Assembly (NCBI RefSeq): GCF_006345805.1
Contig: NC_042999.1
Location: 13,950,001 to 14,014,000, forward strand
Reading direction: 5' to 3'
DNA from: Octopus sinensis
Lineage: Eukaryota
Length of the DNA stretch: 64,000 bases
The notes beneath the pieces were generated by a model. It searched no databases and was not told where the DNA came from. It saw nothing but the letters and a program-made list of their open reading frames with translations. Both the position numbers and the translations under genes were made by a program. Positions within the stretch are counted from its first letter, which is position 1. Each line of letters starts with the position of its first letter. Below are positions 1-12,430 of the stretch, in pieces.

Positions 1-1551
1 ACATACATACATACACTCACAAAAATACATATACATACACAAATACAGGCACGTACATGCATGCATTCATACATACACATACATACATGTACATATACAC
101 ATACATAAACATACATATGTACTCATATACACATACATACATACATACACACATACATATACATATACATACATATGCACATTCATGCTTACACACATAC
201 ACATAGATACACATCTATACATACATACATACTTAGACATACATACTTATACATATATACTTGCACACACATATTACAAACAAGCATACATACATACATA
301 CACAAATGCTCACAGACATACACAAAAATACATATATGCATACATACATACATACATACATATGTACATACACACACACACACATATACAAACATACATA
401 CATGCCTACATACATACACATACATACACACATACAAGCCTACATACATACATACATACATACATACATACATACACACATACATAGACACATACACATA
501 CTTACACACATACACATACTTACGTACATACATACATGTATACATACATACATAAACACATATACAGATATACATACATGCCTACATACATACATACATA
601 CTTGCATGCATACATACATACATACATACATACATACATACATACATACATACATACATACATACATAATACATACATACATACAAAAATGCCCTGTTGT
701 TGATGTTGAAATTCCAATGAATTAGAAACCAGTTGTTTCACTATTGGCAAGAAATCTTGGCATAAAACTGAACAATGACATACATACATACATACACTCA
801 CAAAAATACATATACATACACAAATACAGGCACGTACATGCATGCATTCATACATACACATACATACATGTACATATACACATACATAAACATACATATG
901 TACTCATATACACATACATACATACATACACACATACATATACATATACATACATATGCACATTCATGCTTACACACATACACATAGATACACATCTATA
1001 CATACATACATACTTAGACATACATACTTATACATATATACTTGCACACACATATTACAAACAAGCATACATACATACATACACAAATGCTCACAGACAT
1101 ACACAAAAATACATATATGCATACATACATACATACATACATATGTACATACACACACACACACATATACAAACATACATACATGCCTACATACATACAC
1201 ATACATACACACATACAAGCCTACATACATACATACATACATACATACATACATACACACATACATAGACACATAACACATACTTACACACATACACATA
1301 CTTACGTACATACATACATGTATACATACATACATAAACACATATACAGATATACATACATGCCTACATACATACATACATACTTGCATGCATACATACA
1401 TACATACATACATACATACATACATACATACATACATACATACAAACATACATACATACATACATACATGCATACATACCTACATACATACATACACACA
1501 TACATAACATACATACATACATACATACATACATACATACATACATACATA
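1..1551. repeat. Degenerate (TACA)n/(CA)n composite microsatellite containing a 781-bp tandem duplication
   Basis: Sequence at 1 recurs at 782; identical 65-aa pseudo-ORFs at 17-214 and 798-995 (offset 781). Confidence 0.95.
686..781 (+). mobile_element. 3' terminus of a (CATA)n-tailed non-LTR element (family X)
   Basis: ccctgttgttgatgttgaaattccaa...ctattggcaagaaatcttg...aaaactgaacaatgacatacatac matches 4138-4260 and 17390-17500. Confidence 0.7.
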
Positions 1552-1950
1552 AATGGTAACAGCTGATATTTACTGCTGTTAGTCTTGTCAATGAATCCTT
1601 TGTCAACTCAGCAGCGGAAATGCCAAGCTTGGATCAACAAAGAAGAGAAAAATAGATGTTACCCACCAGCCTTTTTTTGTCAATGACCTAGTACTATTAC
1701 TCAGGGACGCCCACTGCTTAAAAACAAATAGTAAAGTTGGTGGTGCCATATTTTTTGCAGCAGACCAAGAAATTTTATTTAATGAAAATTTACACTCATA
1801 ATAATGAAAAAAATTAAATATTTTTAATTACTTTTAATGATTTTAATTTAAATTCTGGTGAATTTAAATTAAAAGCCTGGATATGATGGGATTTTTCAAA
1901 AATGAACAAAATATACTGATTTGTAACTCCTAAATTTAATGAATTGGAAG

Positions 1951-2110
1951 AGGCATGGCTGTGTAGTAAGAAGATTTCTTCCCAACCACATGGTTCTGGG
2001 TTCAGTTCCACTGCATGGCACCTTGGGCAGGTGTCTTCTACTATATCCTTAGGCCAACCAAAGCCTTGTAAGTGAATTTGGATGACGGAAACTGAAAGAA
2101 GCCCGTCGTA

Positions 2111-2140
<30 letters not shown>
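1951..2140 (+). mobile_element. tRNA-derived SINE-A, 5' half ending in its internal (TA)n
   Basis: ggctgtgtagtaag...ggttcagttcc...ccttgggcaggtgtcttctactata...gacggaaactgaaagaagcccgtcg, shared with more than 10 copies in the window. Confidence 0.85.
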
Positions 2141-2142
<2 letters not shown>

Positions 2143-2155
2143 AACATAAAACATC

Positions 2156-2345
2156 ATCATCATCATGGTTTAACATCTGTTTTCCATGCTGGCATAGGTT
2201 GGATGGTTCGACTGGTGTCTGGGAAGCCAGGAGGCTGTGCCAGGCTCCAGTCTGATCTAGCGGTGTTTCTACAGCTAGATGCCCTTCCTAACACCAACAA
2301 CTCTGTGAGTGTAATTAGGAAGGGCATCCAGCCGTAGAAACACAA
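2156..2345 (-). mobile_element. RTE-LINE 3' end (GAT-tailed family)
   Basis: Reverse complement of the terminus at 11640-11798 (catcatc...tttccatgctggcat...tttctacagctagatgcccttcc). Confidence 0.85.
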
Positions 2346-2509
2346 TGATGGTGATATATGTATATATCTATATATATGTATATATATATGTATGTGTATA
2401 TATATGTATGTGCATATATATATGTATGTATGAATATATATGTATATATGTATGTATGAATATATATGTATATATGTATGTATATATATGTATGTATGGA
2501 TATATGTAT

Positions 2510-2570
<61 letters not shown>

Positions 2571-2769
2571 CCACTTCCCAGCACATACACCATCATCTAC
2601 ACACCTACACATGCACACACACACGCACATGTCAATGTCACCAGCCCCTTTCCACAGGCACGTACATGCTCTCATATACACACTCACACGCATCTTCGTT
2701 TTGGGATCATCACTACTTTATTATCTCCCCTTCGTTCTAGCTCTCCTGTGTGACCCCTCTGTCTGGCAT

Positions 2770-2965
2770 TTGCCACGATAGATTGTTAGCCTCTAAACCA
2801 TTTTCATTTTCTCTCCCAGTTTATTTTTGTGTTCCTTTCTGTCAAAGAGCATAGGCTCAAAATGTAAAAGAATTCCTCACTTCCCGAATATCAAATTAAT
2901 ATATCAGGTTTTTGTTTACACACCCGTCTTCGTCTTTTGTTATTTTGTAAATTTTCACTATATAT
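2770..2965 (+). mobile_element. Penelope-like terminal repeat fragment with decayed hammerhead-like motif
   Basis: Homologous to 37490-37675 (ttctgt..aagagc.taggct..aaa.gtaaaag...gtcttcgtcttttgtt), both ending at (TA)n. Class assignment is inference. Confidence 0.5.
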
Positions 2966-3699
2966 AAGTATATATATATATTATATAAAGGTTTAATGAA
3001 AGTGCCACACATTATAAATTCTGACTATATATATATATGTATGTATAAAGGTTTAGTGAAAGCCCCACACGCTAGAAAAAACTTCTTCCCCAAAAATCTT
3101 GGTAACATCCTCATAAAAATAACTTTTTCAAAAATCACCCTTACACTTCAAAAACTGTATCAAGTAATCCTCATAGACTTTCATTCAAATGTATATGTGT
3201 GTATAGATATACAGATATGTGTGTGTGTGTGTGTGAGTGTGTGAGTGCGTGTGTGTGTGTATATGTATAGTATATATATACATATATATGTATGTATGTA
3301 TATATATATATATATATATATAGATAGATAGATAGATAGATAGAAAGATAGATAGATATATATATATATATATGCGTGTGCATGTGTGTGTGTGTATAGC
3401 ACCTTGATACAGATTGAAATAATCACACACATCCACATGCATATACACATATGCACATATATACACGCAAATACGCATGAAATAACAACTTACATTGTTG
3501 TATATACAAATACCCTGTCACATATAAACATACATTTACACATTCACAAAAAACCCTGAAACTTGGTTCAAACAAAGAAACCTTGTCTTGATCATAGTGA
3601 CTGGTTTCCTTGAAGGGTAATTTACATAAACCTCAAGAAAGGCATTTGTACTTACGAATATACATAAATAAATACATGCTTATGTGCATACATTTATAC

Positions 3700-4410
3700 C
3701 AATGATAATCGTTGCTCTTGATTTTGTAAGGAATTGCTTAGTGACAATCTAGAAAAACAGGGGTTTTCAAAAAACAAGGTATCAACTATCTGACATGTAG
3801 ATTACGAATACAATTTGTAAGCAGAACAGTAAACATATTCAAGACTTTTCTCAAGTTTAGAATGTGACATTGTTTTTCTTATCTATATCCTAATGATAGG
3901 GTTTCGTATCTTTGTTAGAAACAAGTTCCTTCCTGACAGGCAAACTTCAAATAATTAAAAACAGAAGAGAACAAACAGAAATGCACATGTACATATGTAC
4001 GTACACACATACATACACTCATACATACATACATACATACATACATATACACACATAAAGACATATGTACATACACGCACATACGTACATATCTACATAC
4101 ATACATACATAAATACCCTGCCCATATACACACATGCAAAAATACCCTGTTGTTGATGTTGAAATTCCAACGAAGAAGACTTAGATCTAGGTTAGAAACC
4201 GGCTCTTTCTCTATTGGCAAGAAATCTTGAAATAAAACTGAACAATGACATACATACATACATACATACATACATACATACATACATAAATACATACACA
4301 CACACATACATACATATATACATACATACATACTACATACATACATACATACATACATACATACATACATACATACATACATACATACGTACATACATAC
4401 ATGCATACAT
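3700..4410 (+). mobile_element. 3' end of REL-type non-LTR element (family X): ORF C-terminus, 3' UTR, (CATA)n tail
   Basis: Degenerate frame SDNLEKQGFSKNKVSTI/RLRIQFVSRTVNIFKTFLKFRM* to about 3868; conserved terminus at 4138-4250; TACA tail. Confidence 0.6.
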
Positions 4411-4419
4411 ACATTCATC

Positions 4420-4645
4420 TATAGAAACTTCGAATTTATGCAGAACTTACAGCGCTTTTCCTCTGACTATAAATTCTCATTTGTACCTACCATCATAGGT
4501 ACATTAGGTTATGTCCCTACAAATTTCTAGAAAAATCTAGGAATACTTGGTCTTTCAAATAAAGAGCAAAAGAAACTGACACAAATTCTCCAAATCCAAT
4601 CTAATAGCTGCACAGTGAAGGTTTGTAAGACATTCCAAAAATTCT
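4420..4645 (+). pseudogene. REL endonuclease C-terminal fragment (family X-like)
   Basis: Translates NLQRFSSDYKFSFVPTIIGTLGYVP...LQIQSNSCTVKVCKTFQKFFI*; the IIG(A/T)LG motif is typical of REL domain ends. Confidence 0.6.
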
Positions 4646-4769
4646 TCATCTGAAATTCTTTAGGTTAATAGATGCACACAGCTAAGTGTGTCCATCAACA
4701 GTTCAACTAACACACCAACTCAACCACATATATACAAACACTGAGAACTATCTTAGCTCAAAAAGTATT

Positions 4770-5480
4770 GTCGCTTTGTTAGCGACCAGCTTGAATTCTC
4801 TCAAAGAGAAATCATACATATATACATTCGTGATGGCTGTCTACTTGCATGATATTGTTGGCAGGTTGACTTATAACTGATTGTTCCTATGGACGTGAGA
4901 CCATTATATATACATGTGTATATTATGCCATACCATTGTGAAAGATATCATTCTACTTTCCAATGAGACATGATATTGTCACCAAGACGGTTTACAACTT
5001 TTGGCACCTGTTCCGGTGACAGGTAAAAAATATCATTTGAGCATGGCCGATGCCAGTGCCATCTGACTGGCACCTGTGCCGGTGGCATGTAAAAAGCACC
5101 CACTATACTCTCAGTCTCGTTGCTTTGATAGCGACCAGCTTGAATTCTCTCTCGAACTCAAAGAGAAATCACACATATATACATTCATGATGGCTGTCTA
5201 CTTGCATGACATTGTTGACAGGTTGACATATAACTAATTGTTCCTATGGACATGAGACCATCGTGCATACATACATATATTATGCCATACTATTGTGAAA
5301 GATATCATTCATGTTATCAGTAGCTGCCTAAAAGTGACTGCATGTTTCTACTTTCCAATGAGACATGATATTGTCACCAAGACGGTTTACAACTTTTGGT
5401 ACCCGTGCCGGTAACAGGTAAATAATACCATTTGAACATTGCCGATGCCAGTGCCACCTGACTGGCACCCATGCCAGTGA
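4770..5480. repeat. Older diverged tandem duplication (about 4770-5110 vs 5120-5480)
   Basis: tcg..gctttg.tagcgaccagcttgaattctctc...gatggctgtctacttgcatga...gacggtttacaacttttgg occurs twice with substitutions and an indel. Confidence 0.85.
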
Positions 5481-5925
5481 CATGTATAAAGTACCATTCA
5501 AGCATGACTGATGCCAGTGCTGCCTGACTTGCACTAATGCTGGTGGTACATACTAAGTGCCATTTAAGCGTGGCCAATGCCCGCGCTTCCTGACTGGCAC
5601 ATAAAAAGTGTCATTTGAGCATGCCAGTGGCGTGTAAAAAGTACCATTCGAGTATGACTGATGCTAGTGCTGCCTGACTGGCACATAAAAAGCATCATTT
5701 GAGCATGGCTGATGCCAGTGCTGTCTGATTGGTACCCAAGCCAGTGGCACATAAAAGCACCCACTACACTCTCAGAGTGGTTGGTGTTAGGAAGGGCATC
5801 CAGCTGTAGAAACCTTACCAAATCAGATTGGAGCCTGGCGCAGACTCCCGGCTTACCAGTTCTCAGTCAAACTATCCAACTCATGCCTGCATGGAAAGCA
5901 GATGTTAAATGATGGTGATGATGAT
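5385..5925 (+). mobile_element. RTE-LINE 3' UTR copy with about 6 degenerate ~60-bp units
   Basis: cccactacactctcagagtggttggtgttaggaagggcatccagctgtagaaa...gatgttaaatgatg terminus. Confidence 0.85.
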
Positions 5926-5984
5926 GAGGAAGGGTTGTCATAATGACCATACCAGAGGCACACCAGAACCTAAGACTGTACAGA

Positions 5985-6180
5985 CCTTTAAAAAATGAAG
6001 AATACTGGTGAAACATTTCAATTAAAACAGCAACCTGGTGTGAGCACAACAGGCCAAATGTCATTGCATAGGACAGGGACCATAAGTTATGTATTGTTGT
6101 AGAGATCAGCTGACCAATGAAGGAGAGCATTTATGGAGAACTGATAAGATGCCTACAGCCCTCATATTCAGGCTGCAGGA
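5985..6180 (+). pseudogene. REL endonuclease fragment (PD...E motif region)
   Basis: Degenerate frame EYW*NISIKTATWCEHNRPNVIA*DRDHKLCIVVEIS*P...YGELIRCLQ. Confidence 0.5.
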
Positions 6181-6269
6181 TTTAACTTATTAATTTTATT
6201 TATTCTTAATATCTTATGAACACTCATACTCACTAAAACACACACAAGTACGTTTGTCTGTATATTCTT

Positions 6270-6661
6270 TTATTCTTTCATTCTTTCATTTGTGTCAGTC
6301 ATTTGACTGTGGCCATGCTAGAGCACCACCTTTAATCGAACAAATTGCCCCCAGGACTTATTCTTTGTAAGCCTAGTACTTATTCTATCAGTCTCTTTTG
6401 CCGAACTGCTAAGTTACAGGGACATAAACACACCAGCATCGGTTGTCAAGCGATGTTGATAGGACAAACACAGACACACAAACATACACACACACATATA
6501 TATATACATACATATATGCGATGGGCTTCTTTCAGTTTCCGTCTATCAAATCCACTCACAAGGCTTTGGCCGGGTTGAGGCTATAGTAGAAGGCACTTGC
6601 CCAAGGTGGGACAGAACCCGGAACCACGTGGTTGGTAAGCAAGCTACTTACTACACATCCA
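6270..6661 (-). mobile_element. SINE-A, near full length
   Basis: Reverse complement of 9615-10022, including the central microsatellite. Confidence 0.9.
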
Positions 6662-6671
6662 CATTTTACCA

Positions 6672-6990
6672 TTCTGTTTTGCTGAACTGTTAAGTTATGA
6701 AGTCATGCTGGGGAATGACAAGCACAACACACACACACACATAAACACACACACACACATAAACACACACACACACATAAACGCACACACACACATAAAC
6801 ACACACACACACATAAACACACACACACACACAACAGTTTTTTTCAGTTTCCATCTACCAATTCCATTGACAAGGCTTTTGTCTGCTCAATGCTAGAAGC
6901 CTCTTACTCAAGGTGCCACACAGTAAGACTGAACCCAGATTCATGAGGTAGGGAAGCAAGCTTTTTTACAACACAGCCATACCTGTGCCT
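6672..6990 (-). mobile_element. SINE-A, degenerate and deleted, with expanded CA/ATAA core
   Basis: tttcagtttccatctaccaattccattgacaaggcttt...gactgaacccag...cacagccat. Confidence 0.7.
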
Positions 6991-7344
6991 ACATATACTG
7001 GAAGTAAGATAAAAATACAAGGACCAATGGTTTCCTGTTGACAATGAAGGATTTAGCCCACAATTGTTCAACCAGTTGTATTTTGATTGAAACCCTGCTA
7101 AAATGGTAGGTGAGAACAGTATGAAAATAGTGTGTGAGTGTAACATAAGAACAATGATCTTATTTATGAATGACAAACAGTACCCAAGCATGACCTTTTC
7201 ATGACCACTTCTGGACTGAAAGTTGTGGACATTTACTTAATGTCATCAACACTGATGTTCATTTTGAACTTCTAAAAGTCAATGGCTGTCAAGTAAACTT
7301 AGGTAAGAAGTGAGTTTCAGAGAGAAGTAGTATTGAGGAGGTGG

Positions 7345-7775
<431 letters not shown>

Positions 7776-7776
7776 A

Positions 7777-8085
7777 TTTTTTTATAATTAATGAGTATAA
7801 TTATAATTAGGGTTCAGCAAAAAATTTGCTTAACCACATACCGAACTTTAGAAATAGCAGCCAAAACTTACCTATTTCTTCTACTATAAGAAGCAACTCC
7901 CAGACAAACAATGGCTGTCAAGTAAGCTTAGGTAAGAAGTGAGTTTCAGAGAGAAGTAGTGTTGAGGTCACTTCTTATAGTAGAAGAAATAGCTAATTTT
8001 TTGCTGCTATTTCTAAAGTTCGGTATGTGGTTAAGCAAAATTTTGCTGAACCTTAATTATAATTATACTCATAATTATAAAAAAA
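7777..8085. mobile_element. Fold-back element: ~115-bp inverted arms, 77-bp spacer
   Basis: 7777-7893 is the reverse complement of 7971-8085 with a few mismatches; adjacent to (TA)n. Confidence 0.85.
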
Positions 8086-8254
8086 CATTGTTTTAACATG
8101 CCGAATACTACTTGGGGAAATCATTAATTACTAATTAATCAATTTTACCCGTCATTATTATTGATTTGCGTAGCATCTTGGGCAAGTGTCTTCTGCTATA
8201 GCCCCGGGCTGACCAATGCCTTGTCCCCTGTCTCTCACTTCTTCTATGTATATT

Positions 8255-8672
8255 CTTTTATTTTTTTACTTGTTTCAATCATTTCACTGAGACCATGCTG
8301 GAACACCACCTTTAGTCAAGCAAATTGACACCAGGACTTACTCTTTGTAAGCCTAGTACTTATTCTATCGGTCTTGTATGCTGAACCGCTAAGTAACAGG
8401 GATGTACACAGACCAGTATTGGTTGTCAAGCTATGTTGTGGGGAAAAACACAGACACACAAACACACACACACACACACACGCGTGCACACACATATGTA
8501 TATACATATATACGACGGGCTTCTTTCAGTTTCTGTCTACCAAATCCACTCACAAGGCTTTGGTTGGCCCAAGGATATAGTGGAAGACACTTGCTCAAGG
8601 TGTCAAGCAGTGGAACTGAACCCGGAACCATGTGGCTGGTAAGCAAGCTACCTACCACACAGCCACTCCTGT
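8255..8672 (-). mobile_element. SINE-A, full length
   Basis: Reverse complement of the SINE-A consensus seen at 9615-10022. Confidence 0.9.
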
Positions 8673-9168
8673 GCCTATTATATAACATATTAATATACAG
8701 GGATACCTTACAGTACGAGTTTAATTCATTCCACGACTGAGCACGTCTTACAATTTACTCGTTTTACAAATCAATTTTCCACATTGAAATGAACTAAAAT
8801 ATAATTAATCCATTCAAACCCTGCAAAACCACTCAAAAAAAATTTTTTATGGATTTGAATATTGAAAAGGTGTAGTTAGAAGTAAAATGACAATTATAAA
8901 AAAGAGAATGCATAAGAAATATGTAAACTGGTTTTATTAACAGAATTACCTTAAAGATGGGCTGATTTATGTGCTCACACTGCATGTCAAGCAGTACAGC
9001 ATGTCATTTCCAAATTTCTGGTAGAGTGAATGGCGTCATTGTGCCATTTTTCTCACAGATGGTACCCATCTGACTCTACTATATTGTGTAGTTGACAAAA
9101 TCAAAACAAACAATGCAAATACACGAAATTAAAAATAGAAAATGGCGTCAATTTACCCACCGCAAACT

Positions 9169-9204
<36 letters not shown>

Positions 9205-9224
9205 TAATAATAATAATAATAATA

Positions 9225-9515
9225 ATATCATCATCATCACTGTTTATCATCCGCCTTCCATGCTAACATGGGTTGGACGATTTGACTGAGGTCTGGCGAA
9301 CCAGATGGTGCACCAGGCTCCAATCTTGATCTGCCAGAGTTTCTACAGCTGGATGCCCTTCCTAACACCAACCACTCCGAGAGGGTAATGGGTGCTTTTA
9401 CGTGCCACCAGCACAAGGGCCAGTCAGGCAGTACTGGCAATGGCCACTCTCAAATGGTGCTTTTTATGTGCCACCTGCACAGGAGCCAGTCCAGTGGCAC
9501 TGGCAACGACCTCGC
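9225..9515 (-). mobile_element. RTE-LINE 3' end
   Basis: catcatcatc...ccgccttccatgctaacatggg...ctacagctggatgcccttcctaac. Confidence 0.85.
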
Positions 9516-9614
9516 TCATATGTATACACATGTGTGTATATCTATCTGTCTATCTATCTATCTATTTATTTATCTATGTGCGTGTGTATAAATATATATA
9601 TATATACACACACA

Positions 9615-9785
9615 GGTGTCGGAGTGGCTGTGTGGTAAGTAGCTTGCATACCCACCACATGGTTCCGGGTTCAGTCCCACTGTGTGGAACCTTGGGTAAG
9701 TTTCTTCTACTATAGTCTCGGGTCAACCAAAGCCTTGTGAGTGGATTTGATAGACGGAAACTGAAAGAAGCCCATCGTATAAATG

Positions 9786-9818
<33 letters not shown>

Positions 9819-10022
9819 GTTTGTGTGTCTGTGTTTGTCCCCCCAACATCACCTGACAACCGATGCTGGTGTGTTTACATCCCCTGTAACTTAGCGGTTC
9901 GGCAAAAGAGACCGATAGAATAAGTACTAGGCTTACAAAGAATAAGTCCTGGGGTCAATTCACTCAACTAAATGTGGTGCTCCAGCATGGCCACAGTCAA
10001 ATGAATGAAACAAGTAAAAGAG
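9615..10022 (+). mobile_element. SINE-A, full length (tRNA-like head, central (TA)n(TG)n, gtaaaaga tail)
   Basis: A-box-like tggctgtgtgg, B-box-like ggttcagtcc; ends gaaacaagtaaaagag. Confidence 0.9.
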
Positions 10023-10048
10023 TATATATATATATATATATATATATA

Positions 10049-11798
10049 AACACTGGAAATGTGCAGAGACCAACTTCTACCACGTTCCAGGGAGACAAAC
10101 TAGAAGTAGTTGATAGCTTCCGCTACCTTGGAGACCAAATTAGTAGCGGGGGTGGGTGTGCTGAAAGTGTAACTGCTAGAGTAAGAATAGCCTGGGCAAA
10201 GTTTAGAGAGCTCTTACCCCTGCTGGTGACAAAAGGCCTCTCGCTCAGAGTAAAAGGCAGACTTTATGATGCATGTGTACGTACAGCCATGCTACATGGT
10301 AGTGAAACATGGGCCGTGACTGCTGAGGATATGCGTAAGCTCGCAAGAAATGAAGCCAGTATGCTCCGATGGATGTGTAATGTCAGTGTTCATAATCGTC
10401 AGAGTGTAAGTACCTTGAGAGAAAAGTTGAACCTAAGAAGCGTCAGTTGTGGTGTGCAAGAGAGACGGCTGCGCTGGTATGGTCATATGACGAGAACGGC
10501 TGAAGATAGTTGTGTGCAAAAGTGCTACACCCTAGCAGTTGAGGGAACCTGTGGAAGAGGTAGACCCAGGAAAACCTGGGACGAAGTGGTGAAGCACGAC
10601 CTACAAACTTTAGGTCTCACCAAGGAAATGACTAGAGACCGAGACCTATGGAAGTATGCTGTGCGTGAGAAGACCCGGCAAGACTAGTCAGGCCATAACC
10701 CGTGGCCCCTACCTAGGACGTAGTCAGTCCACCTGTGCATACCTTCCTTCTTGTGACACTTGTGAAGACCTGTTGAGGCAAGTGAAAATCAAACAAAATC
10801 AAAATAGATGAACATCAATGGAATTTGTATCTTTGTGGTACCAGTGCCGTGGCACACAAGAATACCATCCGAACGTGGGTGTAGCCAGTACCGCACCGAC
10901 TGGCCTCCATGCTGTGGGCACGTAACAATCACCACCCAATCGTGGCCGATCGCCAGCCAAATCTGGCTCCTGTGTCGGTGGCACATAAAAAAAAACACCA
11001 TCCGAGCGTGGTCGTCTGCTAGCCTTGTCTGGCACCTGTGTCGGTGGCACATAAAAACACCATCCGAGCGTGGCCGTTCGCCAGCCTCGTCTGGCACCTG
11101 TGTCGGTGGCACATAAAAACACCATCCGAGCGTGGTCATCTGCTAGCCTTGTCTGGCACCTGTGTCGGTGGCACATAAAAAATACCATCCGAGCGTGGCC
11201 GTTCGCCAGCCTCGTCTGGCACCTGTGTCGGTGGCACATAAAAACACCATCCGAGCGTGGTCGTCTGCTAGCCTTGTCTGGCACCTGTGTTGGTGGCACA
11301 TAAAAACACCATCTGAGCATGGCCGTTCGCCAGCCTCGTCTGGAACCTGTGTCGGTGGCACATAAAAACACCATCCGAGCGTGGTCATCTGCCAGCCTTG
11401 TCTGGCACCTGTGTCGGTGGCACATAAAAACACCATCCGAGCGTGGTCGTTCGCCAGCCTCGTCTGGCACCTGTGTCGGTGGCACATAAAAAAAAAAAAA
11501 AACACCATCCGAGCGTGGTCGTCTGCCAGCCTTGTCTGGCACCTGTGTCGGTGGCACAAAAAAACACCATCCGAGCGTGGCCGTTCGCCAGCCTCGTCTG
11601 GCACCTGTGTCGGTGGCACATAAAATCACCCACTACACTCTCGGAGTGGTTGGCGTTAGGAAGGGCATCCAGCTGTAGAAAAACTGCCAGATCTGACTGG
11701 CCAGGTGCAGCCTTCGGGCTCCCCAGACACCAGTTGAACCGTCCAACCCATGCTAGCATGGAAAGCGGACGTTAAATGATGATGATGATGATGATGAT
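10049..11798 (+). mobile_element. 5'-truncated RTE-clade LINE: RT C-terminus (open frame to 10687), long 3' UTR, (GAT)n tail
   Basis: VVDSFRYLG...AMLHGSETW...RRLRWYGH...GRGRPRKTW are RTE-type motifs; stop at 10685-10687; the first ~25 aa of the tracked ORF come from the SINE tail and (TA)n. Confidence 0.92.
10960..11625 (+). repeat. 62-bp tandem repeat (10 full units, strict A/B alternation) inside the RTE 3' UTR
   Basis: Period 62 (e.g. tcggtggcac at 11041, 11103, 11165); variants gtc(g/a)tctgc(t/c)agccttg and g(c/t)cgttcgccagcctcg alternate. Confidence 0.95.
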
Positions 11799-12385
11799 AT
11801 ATATGTATTTATATATAAAGTGTAGGCTACATTCTGTTAATGGCTCGTCAACTTTGCTTCATTAAGATTTTAAAAGATCGAGAGATGTTCACAATTATTA
11901 CCATCGTTGTCAAAGTTTAAACACATTCCTTGCACATCTCCATTTAATTTTTACTTAATTGCAATTAAAGAAATTCTGCCCTTTACCTTTTTTGAGATCA
12001 GTTCTTGTTAATGCTGAATTTTCTTCTCATTATTTTTATAATGAAAAATAATTATAAATTATTTTTGGCCCACCACCTGAAGTATGAAAGCTTTCATTTA
12101 TCTAAATGTTCTTCATGCCCAAGGCCATCTTTGGAATGTTTCTAGTGTGTGTGTGTGTGTGTGTATACATTTATTTTTACATATATATATTATATGTATA
12201 TAGATGTATGTGTATGTGTATATATATATTTATATATGTATATATATACACACACACACATATATATATACATACAAAAATACATACATATATATATATT
12301 TATATATTATGTATAAATACATTAATACATTATGTATCAATGTGACATGCTGTACTGCTTGGCATATATATGTATATGTATGTAA

Positions 12386-12430
<45 letters not shown>

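Noticed and set aside
8696-8900. pogo/Tigger-like terminal inverted repeat
   Set aside because: Only one end resembles such a TIR; no partner end found.
10960-11625. CRISPR-like array appearance
   Set aside because: The variable part only alternates between two variants, with no unique spacers and no cas genes; it lies in a eukaryotic LINE 3' UTR.
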